From positions 288,001 to 352,000 of the forward strand of contig CBDANF010000002.1 in the NCBI GenBank assembly GCA_965197475.1: 64,000 nt of DNA, given 5' to 3'. A program made the translations under genes and the position numbers. Shown in pieces: positions 21,165 to 33,393 of this stretch (positions within the stretch are counted from its first letter, which is position 1; each line of letters opens with the position of its first letter). Under the pieces are notes generated by a model. It had not been told where the DNA came from. It searched no databases and saw only the letters and a program-made list of their open reading frames with translations. Source of the DNA: Candidatus Poribacteria bacterium (GTDB taxonomy: Bacteria > Poribacteria > WGA-4E > WGA-3G).

Positions 21165-22524
21165 CTGATATTTCTCACAATTGTCTGGATCCTAATGATA
21201 ATCACTACAAACAGGATATTACAATATGAAAATGCGTTTTGACTTTTAAATTTAACTTGAGTTTTATCGCATGAGATATCATCCTAATTATCAAAACACT
21301 ATGTATATTAGGAGAACATCTCATGCAACTCAGCTTATCAAATTAACAGTCTTTTTTCAACAACTTCTTTCTTCACGCTTTCGCACCTTGAAACAACGAC
21401 TGGTAGAGACCATAATGTTGCTGTCATTGTGTCATCTATTTGGATTCTATAACCCGAATCAAGTGTCGGATGCGTTGTCTATACCGAAAGCGAGCCTATA
21501 TCGGCATCTGAACGAGGTGCGTCTTTATCAGTGGCAGCACCTATTTGTGCGTCTCAGATGTTCTGTTGCACTACAGGAAATCCGGGATACCGAATCGAAA
21601 AGTGCTTCAACGCAATCACGGCGTTGTCCCACGCTGAGTGTCGATGATACGCATAACGAACGAGACGCAGAGAAAGTGTCCTACTGCTTCAATTGGTGGT
21701 CTACTCAAGCGAACCGCCCCGTAAAGGGACAAAATATATTGGGCATCACAATCAAGATTGGAAAACCAACGTTCCGCTGAATATGTGCTTTGTCAGCAAA
21801 CAAGGGAGAGGCAATACGGATAAACCCTCCTGTTTTGTCTTTCTGCTCAAAGAAATACTGGATTTCTTTGAGCAGAAAGGGTAGATATTCGAAAATATCC
21901 AATTACCTTCGATTCATGGTATGGCAGTCGTCAACTGATTGACATCTTGCAAAAGATGAACTTTGAGACGATCCTGATACATGGTAAAAACATGGTAAAA
22001 ACAACTATGTGATGACTATCGGTGAAAAACCACGAAACTTTCGGCATATAAAAAGTCAGGACAACTGCTTCCAGATCAATGGGGGTGTGGTAGTAAACTG
22101 GTCTGTCGCACCAAAGCCACAAGTCCTACATTTGGAGATGTCGTGCTGTTGTTCTTTTCAGACAGCGGGAAAATACAAACAATGATGGTTTTTGGCAAAC
22201 CCTTGCAGGCGTGTGAGATACGCAGAATTTGGTCTCAACACCACGGAATAGAACAGTATTGGCGACATCTGAAAACAGACCTAAACCTCACACCCATGAG
22301 TCTAAAAGGACAAAATGGTGCGTATGCGAACTTAGGCGTGAAAGTGATGAGCTATCTCTTGATACAGCAGGTCAGTCGTTCCGTGCGAAAAACCTTTCAT
22401 CAAATTCAACTTGAACTTTCTGGGCAAAGACAGATTTTGTCTACTATCAGCGCGCATTTTCATGAACAAATACCAAGAAAACACTGAAAAACATTGATAT
22501 CTGAAGAATTATGATAAATTTCAG
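21165..22524 (+). mobile_element. Degenerate IS4-superfamily (IS701-like) element with multiply frameshifted transposase
   Basis: Homologous to the intact copy at 61414-62769; imperfect IRs CTGATATTTCTCA / TGATAAATTTCAG; transposase in 3 or more pieces. Confidence 0.88.
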
Positions 22525-22549
22525 GTAGTTTACCCTCACACATTAAAAA

Positions 22550-23150
22550 CGCTTGAGGTGTTGGGCTTCTTGTGACCGAAATGGTCATCAAGATACGTTA
22601 TCAGCAAACCACCTCAGAGTCTACCGCTCTTTTGGCATCAAGACTGGTGGGGTTGGGACGATCCGTGCAGCTACACGGCACTACCTCAGCAGCTATTTCT
22701 GATGTATTATTTGGTTGATACAACGCCGTATAACGGATGCCTCCGTGTGCTTAAAGGTTCGCATCTCAAACGGCATCCACTCCATGATATATTACCAAAT
22801 GCACACGGTGCGGAACTACAGCGCGTGGAAAATGCTAACCATCCTGCATTTCAACACTTCCCAGGTGAGGTTGACATACCGGTAAACGCTGGCGACCTCG
22901 TTATCGGTGATTCCCGGCTGCTACATGCTTCACACGGTAATCAATCTAATGAACGCCGCACTGTCATAACACTCTGGTATCATCCGTTTTTTTGCGCTGT
23001 TACCTGCAGGAATGCAAGCACATATCGGGAGACTCCGGCAAAGTTTCACTTGGTCGGACGCGGATTGGGCGCGAATTGCCGAACTCGCGCCGGTCTGTGA
23101 AAGCGACGTTGAACCGTTAAAATGGAATCGGAATCCGGGACCTGAACTGA
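22550..23150 (+). pseudogene. Phytanoyl-CoA dioxygenase (PhyH) family, 5'-truncated and frameshifted
   Basis: SKPPQSLPLFWHQDWWGWDDP, NGCLRVLKGSH, GDLVIGDSRLLHASHGNQSNERR; begins just after the IS end. Confidence 0.75.
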
Positions 23151-23393
23151 GATAATTGCGTTCCGATATATAGCAAGATTTAATTTGAAAGAAATTGCAT
23201 CTCATGATACACTAATATAGCAAGTAATTTTCGGACTATGATTGTATAATTCTGTAACACAATTATACAGAGGAAAGCGAGATTATTCTTGCTGTCTCAG
23301 TAACCAATACCAATATGGTGAGACTCATTTTTGAATAATAGCCAGTGGATAATGCGCTGGCTTTCAATTGTAGAATGATGAAGGAGGTAATAG

Positions 23394-24191
23394 ATGAAAA
23401 CTACAGTTGCAAGGTTAAAACTTTTATGTGTCAGTTTAATGGTTATTAGCTTGATGTTTGTAGGTATCAGCTCTGCTGAAGTTGACTTTGAAACTTGCGT
23501 CGGAATGTGGCTCTTTGATGAGGGGAATGGTGAAGTAGCCAAAGATTCCTCTGGGAAGGACAATAATGCCACGATTCAAGGTGGTGCAAAATGGGTTAAT
23601 GGCAAGCATGGCAAGGCTTTGAGTCTTGACGGTACGGATGATTACGTGGAAATTGCTCATGATGATTCTTTAAATATTGGAGGTGGACACACGATTGCCC
23701 TTTGGTTTAAATTAGATAGTGTTCCCGCTGCTGCCATGTGTGTTGTGACTAAAGATGATTGGGCACCTGGATTTTGGTGGGATGGGGCTACAATCCGACA
23801 TCACACGCATGACCCACCGGGCATGCTTCACTATGTAGATGCAGCTTGGAATCCAGATACAGAGTGGCACCATATTGCCGCTACTTATGATGGTGAAGCG
23901 TTTGGAGTATATCTGGACGCTGAGCAGATTGGTTCTGGTGTAACTGCAGCAAACTTAGGAAGAAATCCGTTAACGGACAAACCCCTTTTATTAGGTATCT
24001 ATTTAGCTACTGAAGAACATGGTCAGTGGGGTGCGTTTTTTTCTGGAATAATTGACGACGTTGCCATCTTCAATACGGCATTGACCGTTGCTGATATTGA
24101 TACCATCATGACTAACGGATTAGAAACAGTAGCTGGTATTGAGCCTACAGATAAGCTCACAACGACCTGGGCTGCCATTAAAAACTATTGA
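23394..24191 (+). CDS. Secreted LamG/ConA-like domain protein
   Basis: Signal peptide; WLFDEG, WHHIAATYDG, GIIDDVAIFN; tail KLTTTWAAIK. Confidence 0.88.
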   Translation: MKTTVARLKLLCVSLMVISLMFVGISSAEVDFETCVGMWLFDEGNGEVAKDSSGKDNNATIQGGAKWVNGKHGKALSLDGTDDYVEIAHDDSLNIGGGHTIALWFKLDSVPAAAMCVVTKDDWAPGFWWDGATIRHHTHDPPGMLHYVDAAWNPDTEWHHIAATYDGEAFGVYLDAEQIGSGVTAANLGRNPLTDKPLLLGIYLATEEHGQWGAFFSGIIDDVAIFNTALTVADIDTIMTNGLETVAGIEPTDKLTTTWAAIKNY

Positions 24192-24444
24192 CCTACTCCT
24201 TAAACCTAAAGATTGCGTTGATTGGCAATTTTCCGATGTTGCGGGCAAGTTTACGCCTTGCCCGCGCCCTGATGGACGGGAAGGGTAGGCGGGCAAACCC
24301 CGGGCGACCAAGCAGGGGAATGCTTATTTAGCGGCAGACGGCTTTTTGAAATCTGTCTCTATATTGATGGTGACAAGACTGAGTGTGGTTCAATACTGGC
24401 CACCCTCGGCCTTGTCAAGGTATCACTAAGCGGGAGAAGTTTTT

Positions 24445-25203
24445 ATGTCACAAAACCCGATTTTTCATAGTTACACCTTCGGCGATCAAGAGCGTAAAGA
24501 ATTAGATCATGATGGACATTATGTTCTTCCCGGACTTTTGACTGCTGATGCTCAGGAGCGATTGACAGAATCGTTGGCACGGATTCAATCACTCATACCC
24601 GGTTGTAAAGAAGGATATGAACCGAATCGATTCTCTGCTGAATATGATAGTTATCTCGAAAGTCTGATACCGCATCCTCAGATGCTTAAACTCGCGCGTG
24701 AAGTGCTTGGCGAAGAGATTCGATATGACCACTGCGTTAGCCTAAATCGCCCCGGTGGCAATGGCGGTATCGGTTGGCATAGCCACGGATACTCTGAAGA
24801 TGATCCTCGCTACGGTTTCGTCCGAATCTTTTTCTATGTTAATGGATTTGAGGCAGATGATGGTGGTTTGAAAGCAGTTCCTGGGAGCCATCTTTACCGA
24901 GATCCAAAAATTCACGGTGCGACTGATGAGGCACTGCGTGAAGGTTGGTTGGTAGGAAAAACCCATTCAGAGACTGGAGAACCGTTAGAAATTGAGACGT
25001 TATCAGTGCCACCGGGAACAGTCGTATTGATGTGGACTCATGCGGCACACGCAGTTAATCCAAGAAAACCTGATAGTGACACACGATGGACAGTCGTTTA
25101 CGCCTATCGCAATCCCGGTAAAGATGCTGGTGCGCGGTGGATCACTCCCGAATTTGAGCGAAAGCATATCCCTGGTGCTGAAGGATTGATGTCCCTATAT
25201 TGA
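24445..25203 (+). CDS. Phytanoyl-CoA dioxygenase (PhyH) family protein
   Basis: DGHYVLPG, WHSH, GGLKAVPGSH, HAAHAV...R. Confidence 0.85.
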   Translation: MSQNPIFHSYTFGDQERKELDHDGHYVLPGLLTADAQERLTESLARIQSLIPGCKEGYEPNRFSAEYDSYLESLIPHPQMLKLAREVLGEEIRYDHCVSLNRPGGNGGIGWHSHGYSEDDPRYGFVRIFFYVNGFEADDGGLKAVPGSHLYRDPKIHGATDEALREGWLVGKTHSETGEPLEIETLSVPPGTVVLMWTHAAHAVNPRKPDSDTRWTVVYAYRNPGKDAGARWITPEFERKHIPGAEGLMSLY

Positions 25204-25243
25204 AGGTAGCAGCACCTTCTACCGTGCCTTAACGCAAAGTAGC

Positions 25244-26617
25244 ATGCCACAAAAGAAACCCCATATTCTATTACTCATCAACGACGAACACCGCCCCGAT
25301 GTATTGCCAATCGAAGAGAACACGGTTATCCGCACACCGGCACTTTCTCGGTTTATGGATGAGGGCACATACTTTCGTAATGCCTACACACCTTCGCCAG
25401 TCTGTGTTCCTGCCCGACAGAGTTTCCTTTCTGGACTCTATCCTCGCAACTGCGGCTGCTTAAACTTCGGTGACCCAATGCCGACAGAAGTCCGAACTAT
25501 TCCAGGACATCTCGGCAACTATGGATATTATTCATGTTGCGCGGGGAAGATGCACTTTGTCGGAAGTGATGTAATGCACGGTTGGCACGAACGTATTGGG
25601 CGCGATATTGTTGGTAATAACGGATACCCGTATCGTGCTGTTAAGGATGAACACACCGCACAGATTGAACGAGAGCCAGGTACAGGAATGAAACGGGACA
25701 AGACCGCACAAGAGATACGAGATGTGCAACCGGGTATTGGACATTGGATGCTCCATGATCAATACAATGTGGACGGTGCGCTGCAATTCCTTGATGAATA
25801 TTTTGTCAATGCCTCTTATGATCGTCCCAGATCAAATCCGCTCTGTATGGCGGTAAGCCTCATAGCACCACACTATCCGTATCAGTGTCCACTTGACCTG
25901 TTCAACTACTACATGCAGCGTGTGGAACCGATTGTTGAAGAACCGAACGAGAAGTTTGGATATGATAATTTTTTCAGAGTGCAAGTAAATAAAGATGTTA
26001 CCTACCGTCAAGCACACCGGACGACCGCGGCTTATTATGGAATGATTGAGTGGATGGATGCCCAGTTTGGACGAGTGATTGAGAAAATGGAGCATCTGAA
26101 TGTGCTTGACGATTTTATCATCGTGTTTCTCTCCGACCACGGTGAGATGCTTGGCACAAAAGGACTGTGGGAGAAACAGAGTTACTTTGAGGCATCGGCA
26201 CGGGTGCCGCTTTCAATCTGGTATCCAAAAAAATTCGGACGAGAACCGAGAATCGTTGAGCAGAATGTGTCGTTAGTTGACCTCTTTCCAACGTTGTGTG
26301 AGTTAGCGGAAATCCCAGCCCCTGATGAACTTGATGGAAAATCGCTTGTGCCGCTGATTGAGGGAAATCCTGTTGAGTGGGATGACACAGTGTATAGTGA
26401 GTTGTGGCGTGCACAAAACGGACCTTCTGTGATGGTAAAAGAGGGTAGTTTGAAGTATTTCCGTTTTGACAACGATAAGGGATGGCCTGATCAACTTTTT
26501 GATCTCTCCAAAGATCCAGACGAACGAAACAATCTGATAGACAATCCTGATTATGCTGATGCACTTTCAAGGCTTAAGGAAAGCAGACGCATTACCACCA
26601 CCTCGCCAGAAAGATAA
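25244..26617 (+). CDS. Sulfatase (choline-sulfatase-like)
   Basis: CVPARQS formylglycine motif, GKMH, SDHGEMLG. Confidence 0.92.
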   Translation: MPQKKPHILLLINDEHRPDVLPIEENTVIRTPALSRFMDEGTYFRNAYTPSPVCVPARQSFLSGLYPRNCGCLNFGDPMPTEVRTIPGHLGNYGYYSCCAGKMHFVGSDVMHGWHERIGRDIVGNNGYPYRAVKDEHTAQIEREPGTGMKRDKTAQEIRDVQPGIGHWMLHDQYNVDGALQFLDEYFVNASYDRPRSNPLCMAVSLIAPHYPYQCPLDLFNYYMQRVEPIVEEPNEKFGYDNFFRVQVNKDVTYRQAHRTTAAYYGMIEWMDAQFGRVIEKMEHLNVLDDFIIVFLSDHGEMLGTKGLWEKQSYFEASARVPLSIWYPKKFGREPRIVEQNVSLVDLFPTLCELAEIPAPDELDGKSLVPLIEGNPVEWDDTVYSELWRAQNGPSVMVKEGSLKYFRFDNDKGWPDQLFDLSKDPDERNNLIDNPDYADALSRLKESRRITTTSPER

Positions 26618-26646
26618 AAATAACTGCTTCATTGACCCACATAACC

Positions 26647-28099
26647 CTATTCTTGAATAGAATTGGTTTCCTCAGATAAAGATGTTCCGTTAAATAGATC
26701 ATTTAGTTCAAAAAGCAATACTCCTTCTTCTGATGCTCTCTGTATGAGGGAATTCGTAAAGCCACCAGCAGAAAACAAGATATATCTCGGATTCTGCTTC
26801 CATTGATCGGGAACTTTCGCAGCTTTTTGAATGAGACGCTCAAGTACATTTTCTCCGACAGGTTGATTCCACCATTCGCATTCACCAAAAAAGCGGGTTT
26901 CGTCAATGTTCTCTGTTAATATGTCAATTTCAAGATTTGATCCCCAATGTGCTCCAACTTGTTTGGAGGCAACTTTTAGTTTTTCGTCCCAATAGAGGCT
27001 TATGTATTGACGGCAAACGTCTTTGAAAAGTGCTCCCATGTAATCAGAAAGGTGCGGAGCGATCATTTGCTGATATACCAAATCTGCATTCCCAGATTCA
27101 AGGAGACTCCGATTCGGCGACACAAATCGGAACCAAAATTTGACATAGTTATCCGCAATCTTATACAGTCCCTTTCTACTTTTTTGCGGTGCGCCCTCGG
27201 TCAGTGGTGTTTGGCGTTTGATTAACCCTAATTCTCGTAGCACACTCAGATATTTTTCGCGTTCGTCGGGTTAAGTCCGACCCGTTGGGAAATTGCGTTT
27301 AATCGGGTCGCGCCGCCAGCGATTGCTTGCAATACACTTGCGTAAGTTCTGGGATCTCTGAGTTCCATGCGCAGCAGAAAGTTAACTTCGTCGAATAGAT
27401 AGCCTTGAGGGGTGAGCAACTCTTTGATATGTTGTTCTATCGTTCTTTGAGATGTTTCCTGTGAATGTTGTGAAAAACCTAACACGAACCGATTTAAATA
27501 TACTGGGATTCCGCCGAGGATTCCATAAACAATTATCTTCTCTTTTGGAGAATATTTAGGAAAAAACCTTCCACTATCTCGATAAGATAGTGGCATCAAT
27601 TGGAGTTGACCTGTCCGTCTCCCATACAATGGAGATCGTACTGCCAATACCTCACGTTCCATAAAACTTACCTGTGACCCACACAAAATCAGGAATAGGT
27701 TGCTGTTTTTCCATGTAAATCCCAAAATCGTTGTATTAGAGAGGGTAGTGCTGCGTTATCTTCACATAGATATTGAAATTCATCAAGGACAAGGATTAGT
27801 CGTTCTTCTTGAGATTTTTGAGCGAAATAGATAAGTGCAGATTCCCAATCATCAAACGTCAGGTTTTGCAGCAACGGGTCATCAATTACATGCTGTGCTA
27901 CTTCAATCAATTGGCGGAGATGATCATGTTCTTTCAACTGACTTGCAAGAAAATAGATGCGCCGTTTGTTTTTACAAAACTGCAATAGGAGTTCAGTTTT
28001 TCCAACTCGATGCCTACCATACAACACAAAAAATTCTGCATTTCCTGTCCGATACATTTGCTCTAATGCGTTTAATTCTTGTTCTCGGTTTACAAACAT
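26647..28099 (-). pseudogene. Archaeal-type ATPase_2/DUF234 protein, broken into three ORFs
   Basis: FVNREQEL..YGRHRVGKT, LDEFQY, GRRTG, GGIP, EIDI..FGEC; frameshifts at about 27715 and 27245. Confidence 0.85.
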
Positions 28100-28237
28100 T
28101 TTTCTAATGAGAAAAACAGAAATGTGGTATAATCGTTTTTGTCAGGATAATACATTGGAATCTTCGTAAAAACGAGATAAATTGTTTGCAAAGTACGCAG
28201 CTCAAACAACATATTCACAGACAAGGAGAAGCTTCAG

Positions 28238-30101
28238 ATGAAAACTAGGTTATTTCCGATTTTCCTTGTGTTCCTTATCATTTCAATCTCATGTCTATCG
28301 TGCGGATCAAGGTTATATTTGCAAAGTAAGGGTGGTCAAAACGGTTCTATTCAGAATTACACGCACCTGGGTTTACTTGGCGGAACCAAAGCGCGCATAG
28401 GTAAAGGTTGGGTAAATGACATCCAATATTCACCAGCCAACACCCTGTTCGTTGTTGCCGGTTCTGCTGGTATTTGGATATATGATGCTGGTAGCTATCA
28501 AGCGCGCGCCCTGCTCACTAAGAATACTGGGGAGGTCAAGAGCGTTTCCTTCAGCTCAGACGGTCGAACTCTTGCGAGTGCAAGCGACAGTGGCGCAATA
28601 CAGTTGTGGAATACAGCCACAGGCAAACACCGTAAAACACTTACTGATCATACTGGGGAGGTAAAAAGCGTATGCTTCAGTCCGGATGGACAGACTCTTG
28701 CGAGTGCAAGTGGTAGTATGAGAAAAGCACGGTTTGTTAATGGAAAGTGGGAAAACAAAATCCGTTTGTGGGATACAACCACAGGTGCGCGTCTGGAAAC
28801 ATTCAAGGTGGGTGTGGGGTATGTTACCAGTCTCTCTTTTAGTTCAGACGGACGGAAGCTAGCAAGTGCAAGCGTTGATGACGTAGTACATCTGCGGGAT
28901 ATAGCCACTGGTCAGCAGCATACTATACACACTTTCAATATGTCTCGTAACAAGCAGACTATTGGTGTTGTTAGTGAAGACTTCAGTCCGAATGGACGAA
29001 CCCTCGCGAGTGGGTATAATGATGGTGCAATCCAGATATGGGATGTAGTTACAGGCGAATGCTATCAAACGCTCACAGGACATACAGATGCCGTCACCAC
29101 GCTTTGTTTTAGTCCGAATGGACGAACCCTCGCGAGTGGGTGTATTGATGGAGCTATCATGTTATGGGATGTAGTTACGGGCGAATGCTATCAAACGCTC
29201 ACAGGACATACAGGTTACGTCACCACGCTTTGTTTCAGTGCAGATGGACAAAACCTCGCAAGCGCAAGCAAAGACAACACGCTCCGGATTTGGGATACTG
29301 ATGCAGGCATGCATCTCAAAACACTCACGGGGTATACGGAACGGATATGGGGTGTCTGTTTGAGTACCGATGGAAAAATAACTCGCAAGTGCGACCTTGG
29401 ACAGTACAATTCGTCTGTGGGATACTGTTACAGGCATACATCTCAAAACACTTACGGGATCTACAAAAGATTACTTTAGGTATTATAGTGTTTGTTTGAG
29501 TCCCGACGGGCATAAACTTGCTTGTGGTGGTTCAAATGGAACAATTCAAGTGTGGGATATTGAGACTGGTCAGCAAATAATGTTACTCTCTAAAAGCAAA
29601 CATGAATTCTACTCGGTGGCATATTCGCCGGATGGCAAAACCCTCGCTAGTGGTAGCCATAATGGTGCAATATTGATTTGGGATATTTCCATCGGTAAAC
29701 ATAAAAATACTCTTATAGGACATACCGGGGAAATTAGAAGCGTCTGCTTCAGTCCAGATGGGTTGACATTGGCGAGTGCAAGTTTTGATAACACAATTCG
29801 GATTTGGGATGCTGTAACTGGCGCGCTCAAAAAAACATATAGGACCACGTCTATTGTTAGAAGCATATTCTTTACGCCAGATGGAAGGCTGCTTGCTAGT
29901 AGTGGAAAAGATGGTTTAACAGTCCAGATTTGGGATGTATTTACTGGAACACATAAAAAAACACTCACAGGACATACAGAAGGGCTTTATACTGTTTGCG
30001 TGAGTGCAGATGGGCGAACTCTTGCAGGACATTGTAAAAACGGTACGGTACTCTTATGGGATCTCGCTTCTACTAATCAATCGGTAGTTGGAACAAAATA
30101 A
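28238..30101 (+). pseudogene. WD40-repeat exported protein, frameshifted near 29385
   Basis: Many GH..V.S..FSPDG..LAS...D..I.LWD repeats over two ORFs. Confidence 0.85.
28985..29236 (+). repeat. Near-identical 126-bp tandem duplication of one WD40 repeat
   Basis: AGTCCGAATGGACGAACCCTCGCGAGTGGGT...ACCACGCTTTGTTT occurs twice in tandem. Confidence 0.8.
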
Positions 30102-30315
30102 GATAGATGGAAGATAATTGTCAAAACTTGACCCGTTCGTTAAGAGATTCGCTTTGCACATATTTCTTTTTTATGATAAATTACTTTGACATACAAAATC
30201 TTAAGGTATATAGCACCAGTATTTTCGTCTACTTGCAAGGAGGAGATGTTCTACAATGTTTAGGACGTACCAAGAAAAAAAGTTATTTTTGTCAATGCGA
30301 TTATGCAAAGGCTTC

Positions 30316-33300
30316 ATGAGTTTGTTAGTGATCGTACTGTTGCTGACAACAACAACGCATTTCGCTGATGCAGATAAAATTCAATTTGATCGGGATATTC
30401 GTCCGATTTTGTCTGATAAATGCTACGCGTGCCACGGTCCCGATCCAGCGGTGCGGCAAGCCGAACTAAGGCTTGACACTAAGGAAGGGGCATTCTCGGA
30501 TCCAAGCGGTTACCCGATTATTGTTCCAGGTGAACCAGAAAACAGTGAATTGGTCCAGCGTATCACACACGAAGACATTGATAGGCGGATGCCACCGCTG
30601 ACTTCTAACCGTCAACCTACACAAGAACAGATTGACACGCTAATTCAATGGATTGCCGAAGGTGCTGAATGGGAGGAACATTGGGCATATAATCCGCCGA
30701 AACGGATTGATTTACCAGAAGTGAAGAAATCTGATTGGATTCGCAATCCGATCGATCAATTTATTCTGGGTAGGTTGGAGACAGAAGGACTTGAACCTTC
30801 TTCTGAAGCAGATAAACGCACACTGATCCGGCGTTTGCATTTTGATTTGACAGGACTATTACCAAAACCAGGAGAGGTAGATCAATTTTTAAGAAACAAA
30901 CGCCCAGAAGTCTATGAGGAGCTGGTCAATCGACTGCTCTCTACTCCACAGTATGGCGAGCGGATGGCAATTTACTGGCTTGATCTGGTGCGTTATGCAG
31001 ATACAAGCGGTTATCATTCGGATGAGAATGTTAGCGTCTGGCCTTACCGAGATTATGCGATTAAGGCATTTAATGAGAATATGCCGTTCGACCAATTTAC
31101 GATAGAAAACCTTGCAGGCGACCTTCTTTCTAATGCGTCAGCAGAACAGAAGGTGGCATCTGGTTACAATAGGTTAAATCAAACTACCGCTGAAGGTGGC
31201 GCACAAGCAAAAGAATATCTCACAATCTACGCAGCTGACCGCGTTCGAACTACAGCATCTGTATGGTTAGGCGCAACGCTCGGATGTGCGCAATGTCATG
31301 ACCATAAATTTGACCCTTATACCGCAAAAGATTTCTACAGTTTTGCTGCTTTCTTCGCTGATATACAGGGACCCGGTGTGTATGGAGGGGGTAGCAAATG
31401 GGACCCTGTTGTAATGCTACCATCACCTGAACAACAGACTGAATTGCAGGAAATTGATGATGAATTAGCAAGATTGCGCAATGTGTTTGAGCTGTCATCG
31501 CCTGGGTTGCAAGCAGAACAAGCAAAGTGGGAGGAGGAGATTCGTTCACTTCTCACTTCAACGGAAGCAGCTGATTTTGCATGGGTTGATGATGCACAGT
31601 CAAACGGTGGCAAAACTGAAGGCACATGGAAATTTGTTGGAAAAAACGAAGCACCCGTTTACAGTAAAGAGCGTTCCCGGATACAGACAGCAGCACCGGA
31701 ACAACTTGTGCAGCATGCATTCCGAGGTGCAAATCGAAAAGTTACACTAGCTGAAGACGACAAACTTTTCGCTTATGTCTGGTTAGATCCCGAAAATCCG
31801 CCTAAAACAATCATGCTTCAGTGGAACGATGGGAACTGGGACCACCGGGCGTTCTGGGGTGAAGACAAAATTACTTATGGTGAGATAGGAAGTGATACGC
31901 CTGCTCACAAACCGATGGGAGGGCTTCCCAAGCTTGGCGAATGGGTGCGTCTTGAAGTTGATCCCACTGTCGTTGGGTTAAAAGTTGGCAGTGTCCTAAA
32001 CGGAATGGCATTCACACAGTTTGGCGGTACAGCCTATTGGGACATCGCTGGTGTCGCAACTACTCTTGGTGTGGTGACGAAGAATTCCCATGACGGTGCA
32101 GTCATTAAAGCAATTCAAGTTGATCCCTTCGTCAGAACGACAAATCAACGAAAACAGATTACCGACTACTATAGACGAATTGCGCCTGCCCTCGACGGAA
32201 TTCGCAACCAGATTGCCGAGCTGGAAAAACGCAAAAATGAAATCAGAGGCAAAAGTTCATACTCTCTAACAACCGTCTCGGTTCAACCTCGCACGACGCG
32301 GATATTACCGAGAGGGAATTGGCTGGACGATTCGGGTGAAATTGTTGAACCGATGATACCAGAATTTATCGGAGATCTTGGTATTAAAAACCGCCGTCCG
32401 ACCCGTCTTGATCTCGCGAAATGGGTAGTGTCAAGGAATAATCCTTTGACTGCTCGTACATTTGTCAATCGTCTCTGGGCACTCTATTTCGGAACTGGCA
32501 TATCACGGGTGCTTGATGACCTCGGCGCACAAGGTGAACCGCCAATACATTCAGAGTTACTTGATTGGTTAGCAGTGGAGTTTATGGAAAGTGGGTGGAA
32601 CGTCAAACACATGGTGAAACTCATTGTTTCTTCAAACGCCTATCGCCAGTCTTCAAAACCGAATGAAGTCCTGCGCGAAAAAGACCCTTACAACCGTCTT
32701 GTCGCTCGCCAGTCACTTTGGCGATTGGATGCAGAAATCGTGCGTGATAATGCACTTCTGCTGAGTGGACTTCTCGTGCCGAAAATTGGTGGACCCAGTG
32801 TTAGACCGTATCAACCAGTAGGATATTACTCAAACTTGAACTTCCCCAAGCGTAAATATGTGCATGACACTGGTGAAAGTCAATATCGCCGAGGGCTTTA
32901 TATCCACTGGCAGCGTACCTTCTTGCATCCAAGCATGATGGCTTTCGATGCACCGAGTAGGCAGGAGTGTACGGCGGAAAGATCAACCTCCAACACGCCG
33001 ATGCAGGCACTTACGCTGCTCAATGATCCAACCTACGTTGAGGCAGCACGCGTGTTTGCAGCACGAATTATCAAAGAAGGTGGGCAGACCCCAGAAGACC
33101 GTATCAATTGGGCATTCCATCAAGCGTTGTCACGTCTGCCGCAGCCCAAAGAGTTAGAGGTTATGACAGGATTGTACGAAAAGCATAAAAACGAGTATAC
33201 TGATAATCCGGATGCTGCGAAAACATTAGCGGCAGTAGGTCAAACTTCTGCAACACAGAGTATTGAACCTATCGAACTTGCATCGTGGACCTCTGTCGCA

Positions 33301-33342
33301 CGGGTGATTTTGAACTTGCATGAGACGATTACTCGGTATTAA
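30316..33342 (+). CDS. PSCyt1/DUF1549/DUF1553 (PSD1) planctomycete cytochrome c domain protein
   Basis: CYACHGPD, CAQCHDHKFDP, NPLTARTFVNRLW, TPMQALTLLND; start uncertain (30256-30316). Confidence 0.92.
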   Translation: MSLLVIVLLLTTTTHFADADKIQFDRDIRPILSDKCYACHGPDPAVRQAELRLDTKEGAFSDPSGYPIIVPGEPENSELVQRITHEDIDRRMPPLTSNRQPTQEQIDTLIQWIAEGAEWEEHWAYNPPKRIDLPEVKKSDWIRNPIDQFILGRLETEGLEPSSEADKRTLIRRLHFDLTGLLPKPGEVDQFLRNKRPEVYEELVNRLLSTPQYGERMAIYWLDLVRYADTSGYHSDENVSVWPYRDYAIKAFNENMPFDQFTIENLAGDLLSNASAEQKVASGYNRLNQTTAEGGAQAKEYLTIYAADRVRTTASVWLGATLGCAQCHDHKFDPYTAKDFYSFAAFFADIQGPGVYGGGSKWDPVVMLPSPEQQTELQEIDDELARLRNVFELSSPGLQAEQAKWEEEIRSLLTSTEAADFAWVDDAQSNGGKTEGTWKFVGKNEAPVYSKERSRIQTAAPEQLVQHAFRGANRKVTLAEDDKLFAYVWLDPENPPKTIMLQWNDGNWDHRAFWGEDKITYGEIGSDTPAHKPMGGLPKLGEWVRLEVDPTVVGLKVGSVLNGMAFTQFGGTAYWDIAGVATTLGVVTKNSHDGAVIKAIQVDPFVRTTNQRKQITDYYRRIAPALDGIRNQIAELEKRKNEIRGKSSYSLTTVSVQPRTTRILPRGNWLDDSGEIVEPMIPEFIGDLGIKNRRPTRLDLAKWVVSRNNPLTARTFVNRLWALYFGTGISRVLDDLGAQGEPPIHSELLDWLAVEFMESGWNVKHMVKLIVSSNAYRQSSKPNEVLREKDPYNRLVARQSLWRLDAEIVRDNALLLSGLLVPKIGGPSVRPYQPVGYYSNLNFPKRKYVHDTGESQYRRGLYIHWQRTFLHPSMMAFDAPSRQECTAERSTSNTPMQALTLLNDPTYVEAARVFAARIIKEGGQTPEDRINWAFHQALSRLPQPKELEVMTGLYEKHKNEYTDNPDAAKTLAAVGQTSATQSIEPIELASWTSVARVILNLHETITRY

Positions 33343-33393
33343 TCGTCAATTGTTTAAACCCGGTAGGCGCGGTTTTCAACCGCGCTTTCATTA

